Source of the DNA: a virus
Virus record (IMG/VR): IMGVR_UViG_3300028920_000047
Coordinates: 1 to 64,000 of that record
Length of the DNA: 64,000 bases
Reading direction: 5' to 3' (one strand)
The notes beneath the pieces were generated by a model. That model was not told where the DNA came from, made no database searches, and saw only the letters and a program-made list of their open reading frames with translations. Shown one piece after another: positions 1-9,940 of this stretch; position 1 is the stretch's first letter, and every line of letters starts with the position of its first letter. The position numbers and the translations under genes were made by a program.

Positions 1-126
1 TAGCAGTTGGGTCAAATTTTAACAAACTATTAAAAATATTCTCATCTATTTTACCGGTATCAAGGTATAGTCTTTTAGCACTGCTTTTTGATTCTCTCCA
101 TAATGCTTCAAAATATTGTTTTAACA

Positions 127-1227
127 TTAACTTAATAAGTCCTTTCGTTTTTGTTTCTTACCTTGTATAATACCCACTTTTGCTAAAGTAATATTTGATA
201 TCACTTCTCTTGATATATTAGTATTGATTCCATATATTATAAATTTTGTAGTATATTCATCTTTTATTCTGGTTTTTTCGCTGGTAAAGTGTTTAGAACT
301 TAAATTTAACGGTTTACCTGGAATTAATAATATATGATTTTTTATAAATATTTGAAACATATTTAATAAAATTATTTTTTGTTGACTTTTAATTTTGTTT
401 AATCTTTTTCTTTCGTCGGCTCCACCGCGGCCATATACTGTTTTAATCAAATAGCGAGCAAATATTTTATCTTTGTTCTTTTCTGTATTTTTTAAAGGTA
501 GACGGCCATCGTATAAATCTCCTGCAAAATCTTTTACAAATAAATTTTGTTCCTCAAATTCACCGGTTCTAAAATTATAAAAAACATAAATATGATTTTT
601 CATATATTTATCTAAAACCGCTTGATTATAAGAATAAGGTGAAACTCCAGACACATTATCAGAAGGGCTAACAAAATTATAGCCTTTATCTACCGGTCTA
701 TTAAATATATCTTCCCATAACAAATAATTAATACTATTATCTAAACCAAAAAAGAAGTAAACATCAGGATTTATATTTCGTATAAATTCACAATTATTTT
801 CAGCCTCAAAGCGAAAAACTTTTTGTGAATTTACTACACTATTAGCTGTAAAGTTTACAGTTGTAAAATCATCAAATAATTTACCAATAAAATTTCGTGG
901 ATTTTTATTTTTATAAGCAAGTTCAGTTTTTACCGATTCATTACCAGGACATAATTCAGCAGTTATTTTAACTGCTTCTTTATAATCAACTAATTCTATT
1001 TTACTATAATTTTTAATTTGAAACCTTGTTTGATATTGTTTTTTATTATCGTCTTCAATTAAAACATCAATATAATCATTTCCTATCAAAGAATAACTAA
1101 AAGGTAGATAATAAACCATTGTTAAAATGGGTTTAATTATTTCAATAGATTGTATTATATTAACTTCGGTTACATTTTCTGATGGTACCAAATCTATTTC
1201 AGAATTTAACCTAAAATGAAATTTCAT
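127..1227 (-). CDS. Putative baseplate hub protein (T4 gp27/VgrG-like position)
   Basis: 366-aa ORF downstream of tube/TMP/LysM-like genes. Assigned mainly by synteny. Confidence 0.4.
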   Translation of the reverse strand: MKFHFRLNSEIDLVPSENVTEVNIIQSIEIIKPILTMVYYLPFSYSLIGNDYIDVLIEDDNKKQYQTRFQIKNYSKIELVDYKEAVKITAELCPGNESVKTELAYKNKNPRNFIGKLFDDFTTVNFTANSVVNSQKVFRFEAENNCEFIRNINPDVYFFFGLDNSINYLLWEDIFNRPVDKGYNFVSPSDNVSGVSPYSYNQAVLDKYMKNHIYVFYNFRTGEFEEQNLFVKDFAGDLYDGRLPLKNTEKNKDKIFARYLIKTVYGRGGADERKRLNKIKSQQKIILLNMFQIFIKNHILLIPGKPLNLSSKHFTSEKTRIKDEYTTKFIIYGINTNISREVISNITLAKVGIIQGKKQKRKDLLS

Positions 1228-1238
1228 AAACCACCTTT

Positions 1239-1321
1239 AAATTTTTGATTTAAACGGTTTTATATAGCTACCTACACAAAACCATATATATACTTTAAAT
1301 CTCTTTATAAATCGCATATTT
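1239..1321. repeat. Intergenic ~83-nt element, copy 1 of 2
   Basis: Aligns with 38909-38991 (gatttaa-cg-tt...acctaca-aaaaccat-tat...aaatctctttataaatc). Confidence 0.75.
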
Positions 1322-1345
1322 CTTTGTTATATATTAAATTTTTAG

Positions 1346-1645
1346 CTATTCATTATAAAATATCCTCATAAACTCGGTTAATTCCGGTCCGACTGGATAA
1401 AAAATTGTTTTTCCATCAACTAATTCATCTACATCTTTAATATTATTTATATCCATTAACAACTCCATATGTTCACTATCCTCAATACCTGGAATCATAT
1501 TTACTATAATATCTGGTCTATACTCTTCCCGTTCAGATATTCTAATCATACCTGATAATCTTAATTTATCTCTTTTAGCAAAAGATTTCTTACCTAAAAA
1601 AATAGGTTCTACTCTTCCTAATGTTTGTGTTTTCTTTAAATACAT
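1346..1645 (-). CDS. Baseplate wedge / LysM-like protein (gp53/tail X-like)
   Basis: EYRPDII...LMDINNIKDVDELVDGKTIFYP resembles the LysM-like gp53/gpX motif. Synteny agrees. Confidence 0.6.
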   Translation of the reverse strand: MYLKKTQTLGRVEPIFLGKKSFAKRDKLRLSGMIRISEREEYRPDIIVNMIPGIEDSEHMELLMDINNIKDVDELVDGKTIFYPVGPELTEFMRIFYNE

Positions 1646-1660
1646 TATTTCCTTATCCTT

Positions 1661-2518
1661 TTATTTAAGATATTTTTTTACTATTTTTTTAATATTCTTT
1701 TTACCAGAATTAGTCGGGCTTATTCTTGAACTTGGATTACCTAATTCTTCATTACCCTGTCCTTTTTTTTCTTTCTCCTCTACTTGTATTTTAAATAATT
1801 TATCTATCTCATTAGCTGCTAATACCTTTTGAGTCGTTATTATTATATCAACATTAGCTGAAACAGGATATCCTAAATAATCAAAAGTTTCTGAAAAATT
1901 AACTCCGGTTATTCTTATAAAAGCGCCTGTAATAAACAATATATTACCCACTTTAACCGTTATATCCTCTCGAGGTTGTAATAAAATTTGGTCAGCCATT
2001 AAACTACCTTTTTTATTTTTAACCATTTTTGTATCTTCTTGGTTCAATCCTAAATCACTTATATAATTTTCCCAGTCTTTGTAAATTAAATAAGTCTTAT
2101 TTGTTTCTTTCTCATCGTTAGATAAACTACTTAGTTCAATAGGACTACCTAATTTCATTAAAGTAACAACTTTATCGATTACATCTGTTTTTCCATTACC
2201 ATTTTCTATAACAAATTTCATTGTTAAATTTAGTCTCAAAGGTTCGCCCGGGCCTAACCATATTTGTTTGGCACCCCACTTAACATGACCGGTAGGTAAA
2301 TCGGTTCCCCATTTACCCGCTAATCCTTTTATTCGTGCCCAAACATTTAATAATCCAGAACCAAAGCCGGCAGCAATTGCTCCCCACCGCTGGTCATTAG
2401 CAATTCTTATATTACCTACCAAATAAGCTATTATAGGAGTAAAATTAGTATCACCAGCTCGGTCAATAGTTATTTGATATTGGTTTTTCTTATTTCCCTT
2501 GGTTACCCAATACTGCAT
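1661..2518 (-). CDS. Tail tube initiator / baseplate tube-cap-like protein
   Basis: Tube-fold-type C-terminus (ITGVNFSETFDYLGYPVSANVDIII). Lies between TMP-like and LysM-like genes. Confidence 0.5.
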   Translation of the reverse strand: MQYWVTKGNKKNQYQITIDRAGDTNFTPIIAYLVGNIRIANDQRWGAIAAGFGSGLLNVWARIKGLAGKWGTDLPTGHVKWGAKQIWLGPGEPLRLNLTMKFVIENGNGKTDVIDKVVTLMKLGSPIELSSLSNDEKETNKTYLIYKDWENYISDLGLNQEDTKMVKNKKGSLMADQILLQPREDITVKVGNILFITGAFIRITGVNFSETFDYLGYPVSANVDIIITTQKVLAANEIDKLFKIQVEEKEKKGQGNEELGNPSSRISPTNSGKKNIKKIVKKYLK

Positions 2519-2530
2519 TGTTTACCTCTT

Positions 2531-3703
2531 TTAATATGATATTGTATCATTTTTTTCAGAATTTTTAAATTTGGTAGCGTCTGGTATATCTACAGACGAA
2601 TTAGCCGTTCCCTGATTCAGATTATTAAATCCCATCCAACTTGTAACTAACTTATCTAACTTATCTACTAATTCTTTTAATATAGATTGATTAAAAGCTT
2701 CTATAAAAGCTTTCTTAAATATCTGAGATTCATTACCTACGTTACTTATATTAGTTTGATTTTTTTTACTTTCTGCTAATAAGCTTTTTTGATACTCCTT
2801 ATTTTCATCAGCGTATTTCGTATACAATTCCTGTAATTTAGTAATTTCAGCTTGTTGCTTCTTCTTTTCAGATATTGTCCAATTCCAATCAATGAAATCT
2901 TCAATATTTTTTACTAATTTATCTTTAACATCACCAATTTGTTTAGCCCAATACCACCCAGCAAAATTTAAAAAATTTTTTGTTTCTTTTATATCCGTTT
3001 CTGTTTTTTCTTTTAATTCGGATTCACGTTCTGTTATTATGGGTTTATTATGTTCCTTTTCTTTTTCTGTCTGTTCATAATCCAGATTTGGAAATAATTT
3101 CCAATATTCTTTTGGTATAACTTTTCTAAATAAATATCCAGTTTTACCACTTCTTTCAAATGGTATAGTACCTATGGTAAAGGTAGTATCTTTTTCCCAT
3201 TGTTCGTCTGAGCCTTTTTTTGGTTCTACAGGAATTTTTGATAACATACCTAAAGCATTTAAAACTTTACCGGCCTGGTCGCCTATGTGCTCACCGCCCT
3301 GTTCGAGAAACTTTTTCCATATAGGCATAGTAATAAGAATAGCCAACGCCCCTAATCCTTTAGCAAAGGTCAAAACTGAGCCTAAAGTTAAACCAGTTAC
3401 GCCATAAAATACACTTGATAATAAACTACCGCCTCCACCAAATAAACCATGATTACTGTTTTTATCTTTTATAATTTGTTGCTGTTGTTCTTTATCTTCT
3501 TGTTCTAACCGTTCATCAATTATTCTACGTTTTTCTATTAAGTCGACCTGCTTCTCTAAACTGGTCGAAACACCCGTCATAATCGTAGTTAATTTACCTA
3601 TATTATTAGATAGAGAATTTAACCTATTATTATTATCTTCTGTTAACTTAATACTATTATCTAATCTCTCAATAACACCAGTTAATAATTCATCATTATC
3701 CAT
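2531..3703 (-). CDS. Putative short tape-measure / gp29-like protein
   Basis: Coiled-coil N-terminus and Gly/hydrophobic segment, located after a gp26-like chaperone. Confidence 0.4.
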   Translation of the reverse strand: MDNDELLTGVIERLDNSIKLTEDNNNRLNSLSNNIGKLTTIMTGVSTSLEKQVDLIEKRRIIDERLEQEDKEQQQQIIKDKNSNHGLFGGGGSLLSSVFYGVTGLTLGSVLTFAKGLGALAILITMPIWKKFLEQGGEHIGDQAGKVLNALGMLSKIPVEPKKGSDEQWEKDTTFTIGTIPFERSGKTGYLFRKVIPKEYWKLFPNLDYEQTEKEKEHNKPIITERESELKEKTETDIKETKNFLNFAGWYWAKQIGDVKDKLVKNIEDFIDWNWTISEKKKQQAEITKLQELYTKYADENKEYQKSLLAESKKNQTNISNVGNESQIFKKAFIEAFNQSILKELVDKLDKLVTSWMGFNNLNQGTANSSVDIPDATKFKNSEKNDTISY

Positions 3704-3705
3704 AA

Positions 3706-3816
3706 TTATTTATCTAAATACCTTTTAATAAAAAATTCAATAATTCTAAAATTCATCAATAAAATTTTATCCCAACTATCACCAAATATTATTTTATATG
3801 TATAACACTGATTCAT
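3706..3816 (-). CDS. Small ORF, gp51-like / second half of a tail-assembly chaperone (not in ORF track)
   Basis: MNQCYTYKIIFGDSWDKILLMNFRIIEFFIKRYLDK fills the gap between the gp26-like and TMP-like genes. Its frame is open into the 3' end of the upstream gene. Confidence 0.5.
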   Translation of the reverse strand: MNQCYTYKIIFGDSWDKILLMNFRIIEFFIKRYLDK

Positions 3817-3838
3817 TAAATGTTTAATATTTAATTTT

Positions 3839-4528
3839 TTAAATACTGAAGAAATTATTGTTGAAGTTGAGGCGAAGTCGCACCTCTTTTTTACATTTTG
3901 TACATATTACTGTAACTATGGGGCTAATACCATGAGAAAAACTTTGCATTTGACTTTTTGTTTGTTTTATAAATGATATAGCTTTGTTCCTATCAGGTTT
4001 ATATATATCATTAAAAATTTGTAAACATTCTTCAAACGTTTTTCCTTCAATACAATTAAATATAGTTAACATAAACATCGGTATGTTTGAATATTCAAGT
4101 TTTTGAACACGTGCTTGAAGTACGTTTTGATAAGTAGGGACTTTAATTTTACCAAAATCCTCTAAAACCTGTTCCTTATAATTTACCAACGGGTCAATAT
4201 CTATATTTGTCAAATGCACATCAACTTCAACATCTTCTTCCTTACATTCCGGACAATCAATTCTTGCCTTATAAATATCACCGCCAGGAAAACTGTTTAT
4301 TTTGTGCCATAATTTTAAATATAAAACATCGGACGATGTAAATTCTGTTAAATTATAATTTGTTATGGAGTTATCAATTTGTTGTTCATATAAATCATCA
4401 AACATTTCTTCAGGACATTCCGATAATTCAAGTACGTTATCAACAGTTAATAGATTAATATTTAACGCATCATCCCTTGGTAATACCGAATTTCCTCTAC
4501 TTGGTAAATTACTTAATTCAATATACAT
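3839..4528 (-). CDS. Baseplate hub assembly chaperone (T4 gp26-like)
   Basis: LPSRG N-terminal motif, CPEC and CTKC pairs, C-terminal FF. Confidence 0.7.
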   Translation of the reverse strand: MYIELSNLPSRGNSVLPRDDALNINLLTVDNVLELSECPEEMFDDLYEQQIDNSITNYNLTEFTSSDVLYLKLWHKINSFPGGDIYKARIDCPECKEEDVEVDVHLTNIDIDPLVNYKEQVLEDFGKIKVPTYQNVLQARVQKLEYSNIPMFMLTIFNCIEGKTFEECLQIFNDIYKPDRNKAISFIKQTKSQMQSFSHGISPIVTVICTKCKKEVRLRLNFNNNFFSI

Positions 4529-4556
4529 TATCTTAACTACCTCCTAAAAACACTAA

Positions 4557-5459
4557 CTATGGAAATAATTTTAATTTTTGAAATTTTTCCAATAATCCTG
4601 CAGAACTGGTAGATGATTTTTTTTCTGAATCGCTGAAACCCTTTATTTTTTGATTATCCTTTTTTTCCAGACCGTTCCAAAAGGCGTTATCGTCAATATT
4701 AAACTGAGCAGTAAATTTTAACGGTTTATCATTATTTCTATCAAATGATACAGATGGAAAACTGGCTAAACTTACTCCTATTGCTTCATAAGTAAATAAG
4801 GTTCTATCAGCATCACCTATAACTGTTCTTAAAGCATTTACAATTTGCTTACCTCCTATCTTTCCGCCGCTCTTTGCAACTCTATCTGCTATTTTAAGTA
4901 AAGTCTTACCAGCACCTTGTTTATTTTTTTCCCAAATCTTTTGTGCATTAAATCCTTTAAAAGGATTGCTTAAACCTTTAAATGGTTCGGTAATAGACCA
5001 TTTATCAGTCTTTTTATCTTTAAAATGGTCTTTAAGACGCCACGCTGCTTGTACTGGATTATTTTTCATAAAAGCCAAATCTTCCATTAACTGTGGTAAT
5101 AATGTTGAATGTATTTTTACTATAGTTATATTTTTTTTATAAAGCCGGGGAATACCTGTTTCCATACATAATCCCCAGGCTAACAACCAATTAAGAACTA
5201 AAGCCTTCCTTTTTTTAACAGTTTCTATAAAAGTTATACTCATTGTTTGCGGCTGCTGCCCATCCCAAATATGAGTTACTTTATTCATAAATTTAAACGC
5301 ATCTATATTATAAACAAAAGGGTCAAAAGTTACATTTTGTACCTGCTGAGATAAAGGAGCGGTAACAACTACATCGTCTAAAGTTATTTCCGGTAATTGA
5401 ACATCAAAATATGATGTTGGTGTTGGTACCAACTCTTGTAATTTTTGTATACTACTCAT
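4557..5459 (-). CDS. Tail tube-like / baseplate tube initiator (gp54-like)
   Basis: Tube-protein-like pattern (MSITFIET...WLLAW...YKKNITI...KFTAQFNID), adjacent to the tube gene. Confidence 0.55.
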   Translation of the reverse strand: MSSIQKLQELVPTPTSYFDVQLPEITLDDVVVTAPLSQQVQNVTFDPFVYNIDAFKFMNKVTHIWDGQQPQTMSITFIETVKKRKALVLNWLLAWGLCMETGIPRLYKKNITIVKIHSTLLPQLMEDLAFMKNNPVQAAWRLKDHFKDKKTDKWSITEPFKGLSNPFKGFNAQKIWEKNKQGAGKTLLKIADRVAKSGGKIGGKQIVNALRTVIGDADRTLFTYEAIGVSLASFPSVSFDRNNDKPLKFTAQFNIDDNAFWNGLEKKDNQKIKGFSDSEKKSSTSSAGLLEKFQKLKLFP

Positions 5460-5474
5460 TACTTTCTCTTAAAG

Positions 5475-5584
5475 ATGGAGAAGGGTTATTTTAAAAAATT
5501 TATTTATAGGAGGTAGTTAATTATACAACGAACGCCATAAAAACTTTGTAAAAAACTGCCAAAAAAAAATAACCGCTTCTCCAT
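5475..5584. promoter_or_regulatory. Long inverted repeat enclosing an anti-Shine-Dalgarno sequence
   Basis: ATGGAGAAGGGTTATTTT (5475-5492) pairs with AAAATAACCGCTTCTCCAT (5566-5584) with one bulge. The loop has TAGGAGGTAGTTAA on the + strand. Confidence 0.6.
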
Positions 5585-5594
5585 TGAATTAACT

Positions 5595-6110
5595 TTATTC
5601 ATTTGTCCAAAGGTCATAACTCCACTCAACAGAAAATTTCATTCTTTTTGCATCTTCATCATGACTAACCGGGTGGTCTGGGCGCTTCCGTGGAAATAGA
5701 CCAACTATTCGACAGTTTTTAACCACAGTCTCACCATCATCGCTGTATAACATAGCCCTGGCTGTGGCCTTTGCTAACTCAATAGAAACAGTCATTAAAC
5801 CCGTTTCCGGGTCATAAATTGCTCGCCACCAGGTATCTATTGTATTAAAAAGACCTAAAGTTTGGGTATCAATAACTGTAGATGGTATTATATGATTAAA
5901 TTTAACTGCGTTTGTTTTAACTATTTCAGCACCCATATATTTTAATACTTCTGTTTCTACTTCTGCTCCGGGTATAACGCCGGTTCTTATTTGTATAGGA
6001 AATTGATTAGGTATAGAAACTCCAGGAACAGTCGGTCCCGCAGTTATTTCCAACTTCCACCTATGGTCGTGTATGGGGTCACCAAGATTTTGTAACGATT
6101 TTATTGACAT
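5595..6110 (-). CDS. Tail tube protein (gp19-like)
   Basis: 171 aa, directly after the sheath. Contains GLFP...KFSVEWSYDLW. Confidence 0.85.
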   Translation of the reverse strand: MSIKSLQNLGDPIHDHRWKLEITAGPTVPGVSIPNQFPIQIRTGVIPGAEVETEVLKYMGAEIVKTNAVKFNHIIPSTVIDTQTLGLFNTIDTWWRAIYDPETGLMTVSIELAKATARAMLYSDDGETVVKNCRIVGLFPRKRPDHPVSHDEDAKRMKFSVEWSYDLWTNE

Positions 6111-6128
6111 TACTTTTTTACCTCCTTT

Positions 6129-7796
6129 TTATACTATAGTGGTTGATAACTCACTTGATTGTTTCATAACTATTAACCTCTGTACTACATATCGAGCATT
6201 TGGGTTTGGTTTAAATTTATAGGCCACTATAGCTATATGCTGGTCAATTTTAGATGTTGGATTATTTGTAGCATTAGCTATAATTTCATATTCAGATATG
6301 GCTCTTTCTTCATCACTAAGCGGTATATCAAGTACCGGTTTAGCCAAGTCATAAATTTTATTACGCATATTTGACTCATCTTCTCTTAAATCGATTATCA
6401 AATATTTAATATACTCACCAACATATTGCAAACTATATTGTAACCAGTTTAATAAACCCCGCACACCTACAGCATTAAAATAACTTTCACTTCCATACAT
6501 ATTTTTATCTCCATCAAGATATAACTGAGAACCAAATCTGTGAATACAATTTACATCTACATCCCATAGAACATCTCGAGTAGTTTGTGCTTCCAAATCT
6601 ATAGTATTACCTAAACTATCTTCAATATACCCTATACCATCTCTAATACCAGCAGGCGTGTGCCAGGGATAAGTAAATTTAGCATCACGTTTTAGATAAC
6701 AACGAATAGCAAAAAAGCTGGCTGGTATATTTAATACATTACCATAAATCGAATGAATACCTTTTTGATAAGGTGCTACCGGACTAATATAACTCCCATT
6801 ATCACTGGTAACAGTAGCTCGAACCGTTGTATAAAAAGTAACAATATCACTATAATCATTTACTAATGGTGAATCCGCAACAGCTTGGCATAATATCTTT
6901 TGGGTACAAATGGTGTATAATTCTGTTAATAAAGCTATAAACTCAGTTGTTTTGGTAGTAGCATCACTATTACCTGCGGTTATTAAATAACCGAAAGCTA
7001 TTTCAGTATCTCTAAACTTTGCATAAGCGGTAACAATATCAGCATCAGTTACACTACTATAATCAGCACCCTCCGCCAAACTAACCGCTACGCCCTCATC
7101 ATCCGGCACAACCGCTGTAGCCGAAGGGTTAACATAAGCTCGAACATAATCGGATTCTCTTTCCAAAAAATCAGTAATAAAAATATTTTGATTATATTCA
7201 TTTGTAGCATTTACATCAGTAGAAATACCTTCCCAGGTTTCAACCAGTACACCATCGTCATAAATTAATAAATCAAATGTTAAATTTACCGCATCAGAGT
7301 TTTCTATCTTGTAGCTCAAATCATTTCCCCAGCTTCCGGGATTTCGAGCCATAAGTACCGCATATTCAGTAACACCGCCAAAAGTAAATACATTAGCAGC
7401 ACCTACTTCGTCCGCAGTAGGTATACGCTCATATTCAGTAGCATACATATAATTTAAATCCTCAGCCTGAGCAGCAGAAATTGCTACACCACCATCATCG
7501 GCAACACCATCACCATCTAATACACAACCGGCGGTCAAATCATCAGTCATTAAAGGTCTAACAAATAATACTGCACTATCCTTTAATACTAAACGCAAAC
7601 CTTCCCTTTGATAATTGGTTCTACTCTCTATATCAATAAATTTATTAAAATTATCACTATTTGATAAAAGTTTTGGTATTAGTACATCACCTTTATCACA
7701 AGGAAAGGATATTCCCACAATAGAAGACATTGATGGAAAAATGGATATGGTTCTGTCATAAATTTCAAATTCTGATTTTGGAGCTTTGTAAGCCAT
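6129..7796 (-). CDS. Contractile tail sheath protein (gp18-like)
   Basis: NPGSWGNDL, PWHTPAGIRDG, VRGLLNWL, NATNNP and C-terminal FKPNPNARYV motifs. Confidence 0.9.
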   Translation of the reverse strand: MAYKAPKSEFEIYDRTISIFPSMSSIVGISFPCDKGDVLIPKLLSNSDNFNKFIDIESRTNYQREGLRLVLKDSAVLFVRPLMTDDLTAGCVLDGDGVADDGGVAISAAQAEDLNYMYATEYERIPTADEVGAANVFTFGGVTEYAVLMARNPGSWGNDLSYKIENSDAVNLTFDLLIYDDGVLVETWEGISTDVNATNEYNQNIFITDFLERESDYVRAYVNPSATAVVPDDEGVAVSLAEGADYSSVTDADIVTAYAKFRDTEIAFGYLITAGNSDATTKTTEFIALLTELYTICTQKILCQAVADSPLVNDYSDIVTFYTTVRATVTSDNGSYISPVAPYQKGIHSIYGNVLNIPASFFAIRCYLKRDAKFTYPWHTPAGIRDGIGYIEDSLGNTIDLEAQTTRDVLWDVDVNCIHRFGSQLYLDGDKNMYGSESYFNAVGVRGLLNWLQYSLQYVGEYIKYLIIDLREDESNMRNKIYDLAKPVLDIPLSDEERAISEYEIIANATNNPTSKIDQHIAIVAYKFKPNPNARYVVQRLIVMKQSSELSTTIV

Positions 7797-7832
7797 AATA
7801 CATTACCTCTCTTTTTAACTTGGTTTTTACAT

Positions 7833-8486
7833 TTACATATTTATTCTTCCTATTTCATTTCTTATTTGCAATAAATGTTTTTCTATTATATCTATCACTT
7901 CTTGGTCATTATAAGAATAATTGGATAATTTAGATAATCTCATTACCTCTTGATTTACATGCCACAAATGAGATTTAATATTTGTTATATTACCTTCTTT
8001 AAATTTCCTTTTACTTTCAGGCACATAATCAGCATCTATCCCGGTATCGCCACCAAAAGATTTTGGTTTAATAGGTTCAAATATACTACTTGGATACCAC
8101 TCCTCATCACCGTAATCATTCCAAATTAAATAATGTGTTTCATTATTCATAGTCTTAGTATCTTCAACATCATATAATTCATTAAGTGTTAAAGCGTAAT
8201 CATCAACGTCTACACATTTGACCTCAGTAGGAGGTTCACCCTGATACCTTTCTTCATTTTCTACGAGCTGCTGATTTCTTTTACGATGTGCTATTTTTGG
8301 TTTGTTAAATGATTGGAAAAAACCAAGTTCTTTCTCATAATCATCTGCTTCTAACGGTTTATTATACGAAGACTGTATTGTTGATGGTTCAATAACCGGT
8401 TTACCTCCAACAAGCCGTTCACCATCAATACCCAGTTTATCATTCATAAGTTTCATCATATCAGTTTCCACACTATTTGCTCCCAT
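7833..8486 (-). CDS. Hypothetical acidic virion/head protein
   Basis: 217-aa ORF with PESKRKFKEG-type motif like the neighbouring cargo proteins. Confidence 0.5.
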   Translation of the reverse strand: MGANSVETDMMKLMNDKLGIDGERLVGGKPVIEPSTIQSSYNKPLEADDYEKELGFFQSFNKPKIAHRKRNQQLVENEERYQGEPPTEVKCVDVDDYALTLNELYDVEDTKTMNNETHYLIWNDYGDEEWYPSSIFEPIKPKSFGGDTGIDADYVPESKRKFKEGNITNIKSHLWHVNQEVMRLSKLSNYSYNDQEVIDIIEKHLLQIRNEIGRINM

Positions 8487-8496
8487 ATTATCCTCC

Positions 8497-9084
8497 TTAT
8501 ATAGTTAAATCTATAGTATAACTATCATCAATAGTTAAACAAATTTTACCACCATCTACATCATCGTCTATTAAAAATGTACTATATTCAAAAGATGCTC
8601 GAAATTCATAATAAGTAGTACCTTCATATATACGCTGAGCGGTAGGTGTGGTCTTATCAAATTTTAAATTAAGATAAAATGTATAATCGATACTTTCGTT
8701 AGTAAAAGTTAATTGAGGATTTTTACGCTGCATAAAAAAGAAATTCTTTAAAAATGGTATATACTCAGTTAACACTTTTCCATAATTAAAAAAAGCATAA
8801 AAATTCATTGGTGCTCTTATTGGCACTAAAGGTTTTTTTGTGGCAACATCATCATCATGAGACACATAAATACCATCATAATATTCTGGATAATCTATGG
8901 ACTTATCTATTTGCACCTGGTTATCATTAAACCATAAACAATAGAATGGACATAATATTTTATTATTAGCCTCGGCATTTTTACGAAAAGCTTCCTCAGG
9001 TTGAGCTATACGAAAATTATTATCATCAATATCCAACAAATCTTTTAAATATGCTTCTAAAGCTAATACCGACACTTTTAACAC
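8497..9084 (-). CDS. Tail terminator / sheath stabiliser (gp15-like)
   Basis: Position between neck gene and sheath, size, and P-F-x-C-L-W pattern. Confidence 0.5.
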   Translation of the reverse strand: MLKVSVLALEAYLKDLLDIDDNNFRIAQPEEAFRKNAEANNKILCPFYCLWFNDNQVQIDKSIDYPEYYDGIYVSHDDDVATKKPLVPIRAPMNFYAFFNYGKVLTEYIPFLKNFFFMQRKNPQLTFTNESIDYTFYLNLKFDKTTPTAQRIYEGTTYYEFRASFEYSTFLIDDDVDGGKICLTIDDSYTIDLTI

Positions 9085-9087
9085 TTT

Positions 9088-9534
9088 TTACCAAACCTCC
9101 TCTTTATCAAAATCTATTACATAAATTCTTTTGACCTCGTTTATCCTGGAACTAACTAAAACATCAACAACCTTATAATATTCAGTAATTGTCGTATCAT
9201 CAATATTATTTCTAATCGATTTAAACTTGGCACCCTTTTGAACATCATCAATATATTTAAAATGCGCCAACATTACTTCCGGTGTACCAATACCCGGCCC
9301 CTCCTCTTTCAATAAACCATAACTTCTCAATAATTTTCTATCTCTAACATTTCTAATTAAAGCCGTAGTTTCAATAGGGTCATCATATGTTATAGTTTCT
9401 TCATCAAAATCATTTAGAGTAACACTCGCTACGTTTTTTAGTTCTACATCAATATTTAATAATGGTATACGTACCAACACATCGTTTATTCGCCGCATCG
9501 CTGCCGCGAATGCTTTACTTATTATTTTAGCCAT
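9088..9534 (-). CDS. Neck / head-closure protein (gp14-like)
   Basis: NDFDE..TYDDPIET..LLRSYGLL pattern and synteny. Confidence 0.55.
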   Translation of the reverse strand: MAKIISKAFAAAMRRINDVLVRIPLLNIDVELKNVASVTLNDFDEETITYDDPIETTALIRNVRDRKLLRSYGLLKEEGPGIGTPEVMLAHFKYIDDVQKGAKFKSIRNNIDDTTITEYYKVVDVLVSSRINEVKRIYVIDFDKEEVW

Positions 9535-9938
9535 TATTGTGGTACCTTTACTTCAAAACTTTGTAAAGCTGTTTCTTCAAAATAATCTACAGCTTGTTTA
9601 AAATCAATGAGGGATTGCTCCTCAATCAAATAAAATTGCATTACAAAACTACCATCAATATTAACCATAAAATTATCCCCCAAATTAGAGGGTTGTGAGT
9701 TAATATTGACTCTAACTGTCCACTTATCTTCCTCTATAGATATGAGTTCACAAGTTAGTATAATATATTTATTTTCCCAGGCTCGTGTATAGACCAAAAT
9801 ATTTTCATTTGGTTGTTCTATTAACCGATAACCATACTTACTAATAATATCCTCAATTTTATCCTTCATATATCTACGGTTAACACGACCTGCTTCATAA
9901 ATTTTCTTATTTATCCTATCTATAATTTTTTTAATCAT
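9534..9938 (-). CDS. Hypothetical protein (possible head cargo)
   Basis: Basic leader ending KIYE. Confidence 0.5.
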   Translation of the reverse strand: MIKKIIDRINKKIYEAGRVNRRYMKDKIEDIISKYGYRLIEQPNENILVYTRAWENKYIILTCELISIEEDKWTVRVNINSQPSNLGDNFMVNIDGSFVMQFYLIEEQSLIDFKQAVDYFEETALQSFEVKVPQ

Positions 9939-9940
9939 TT

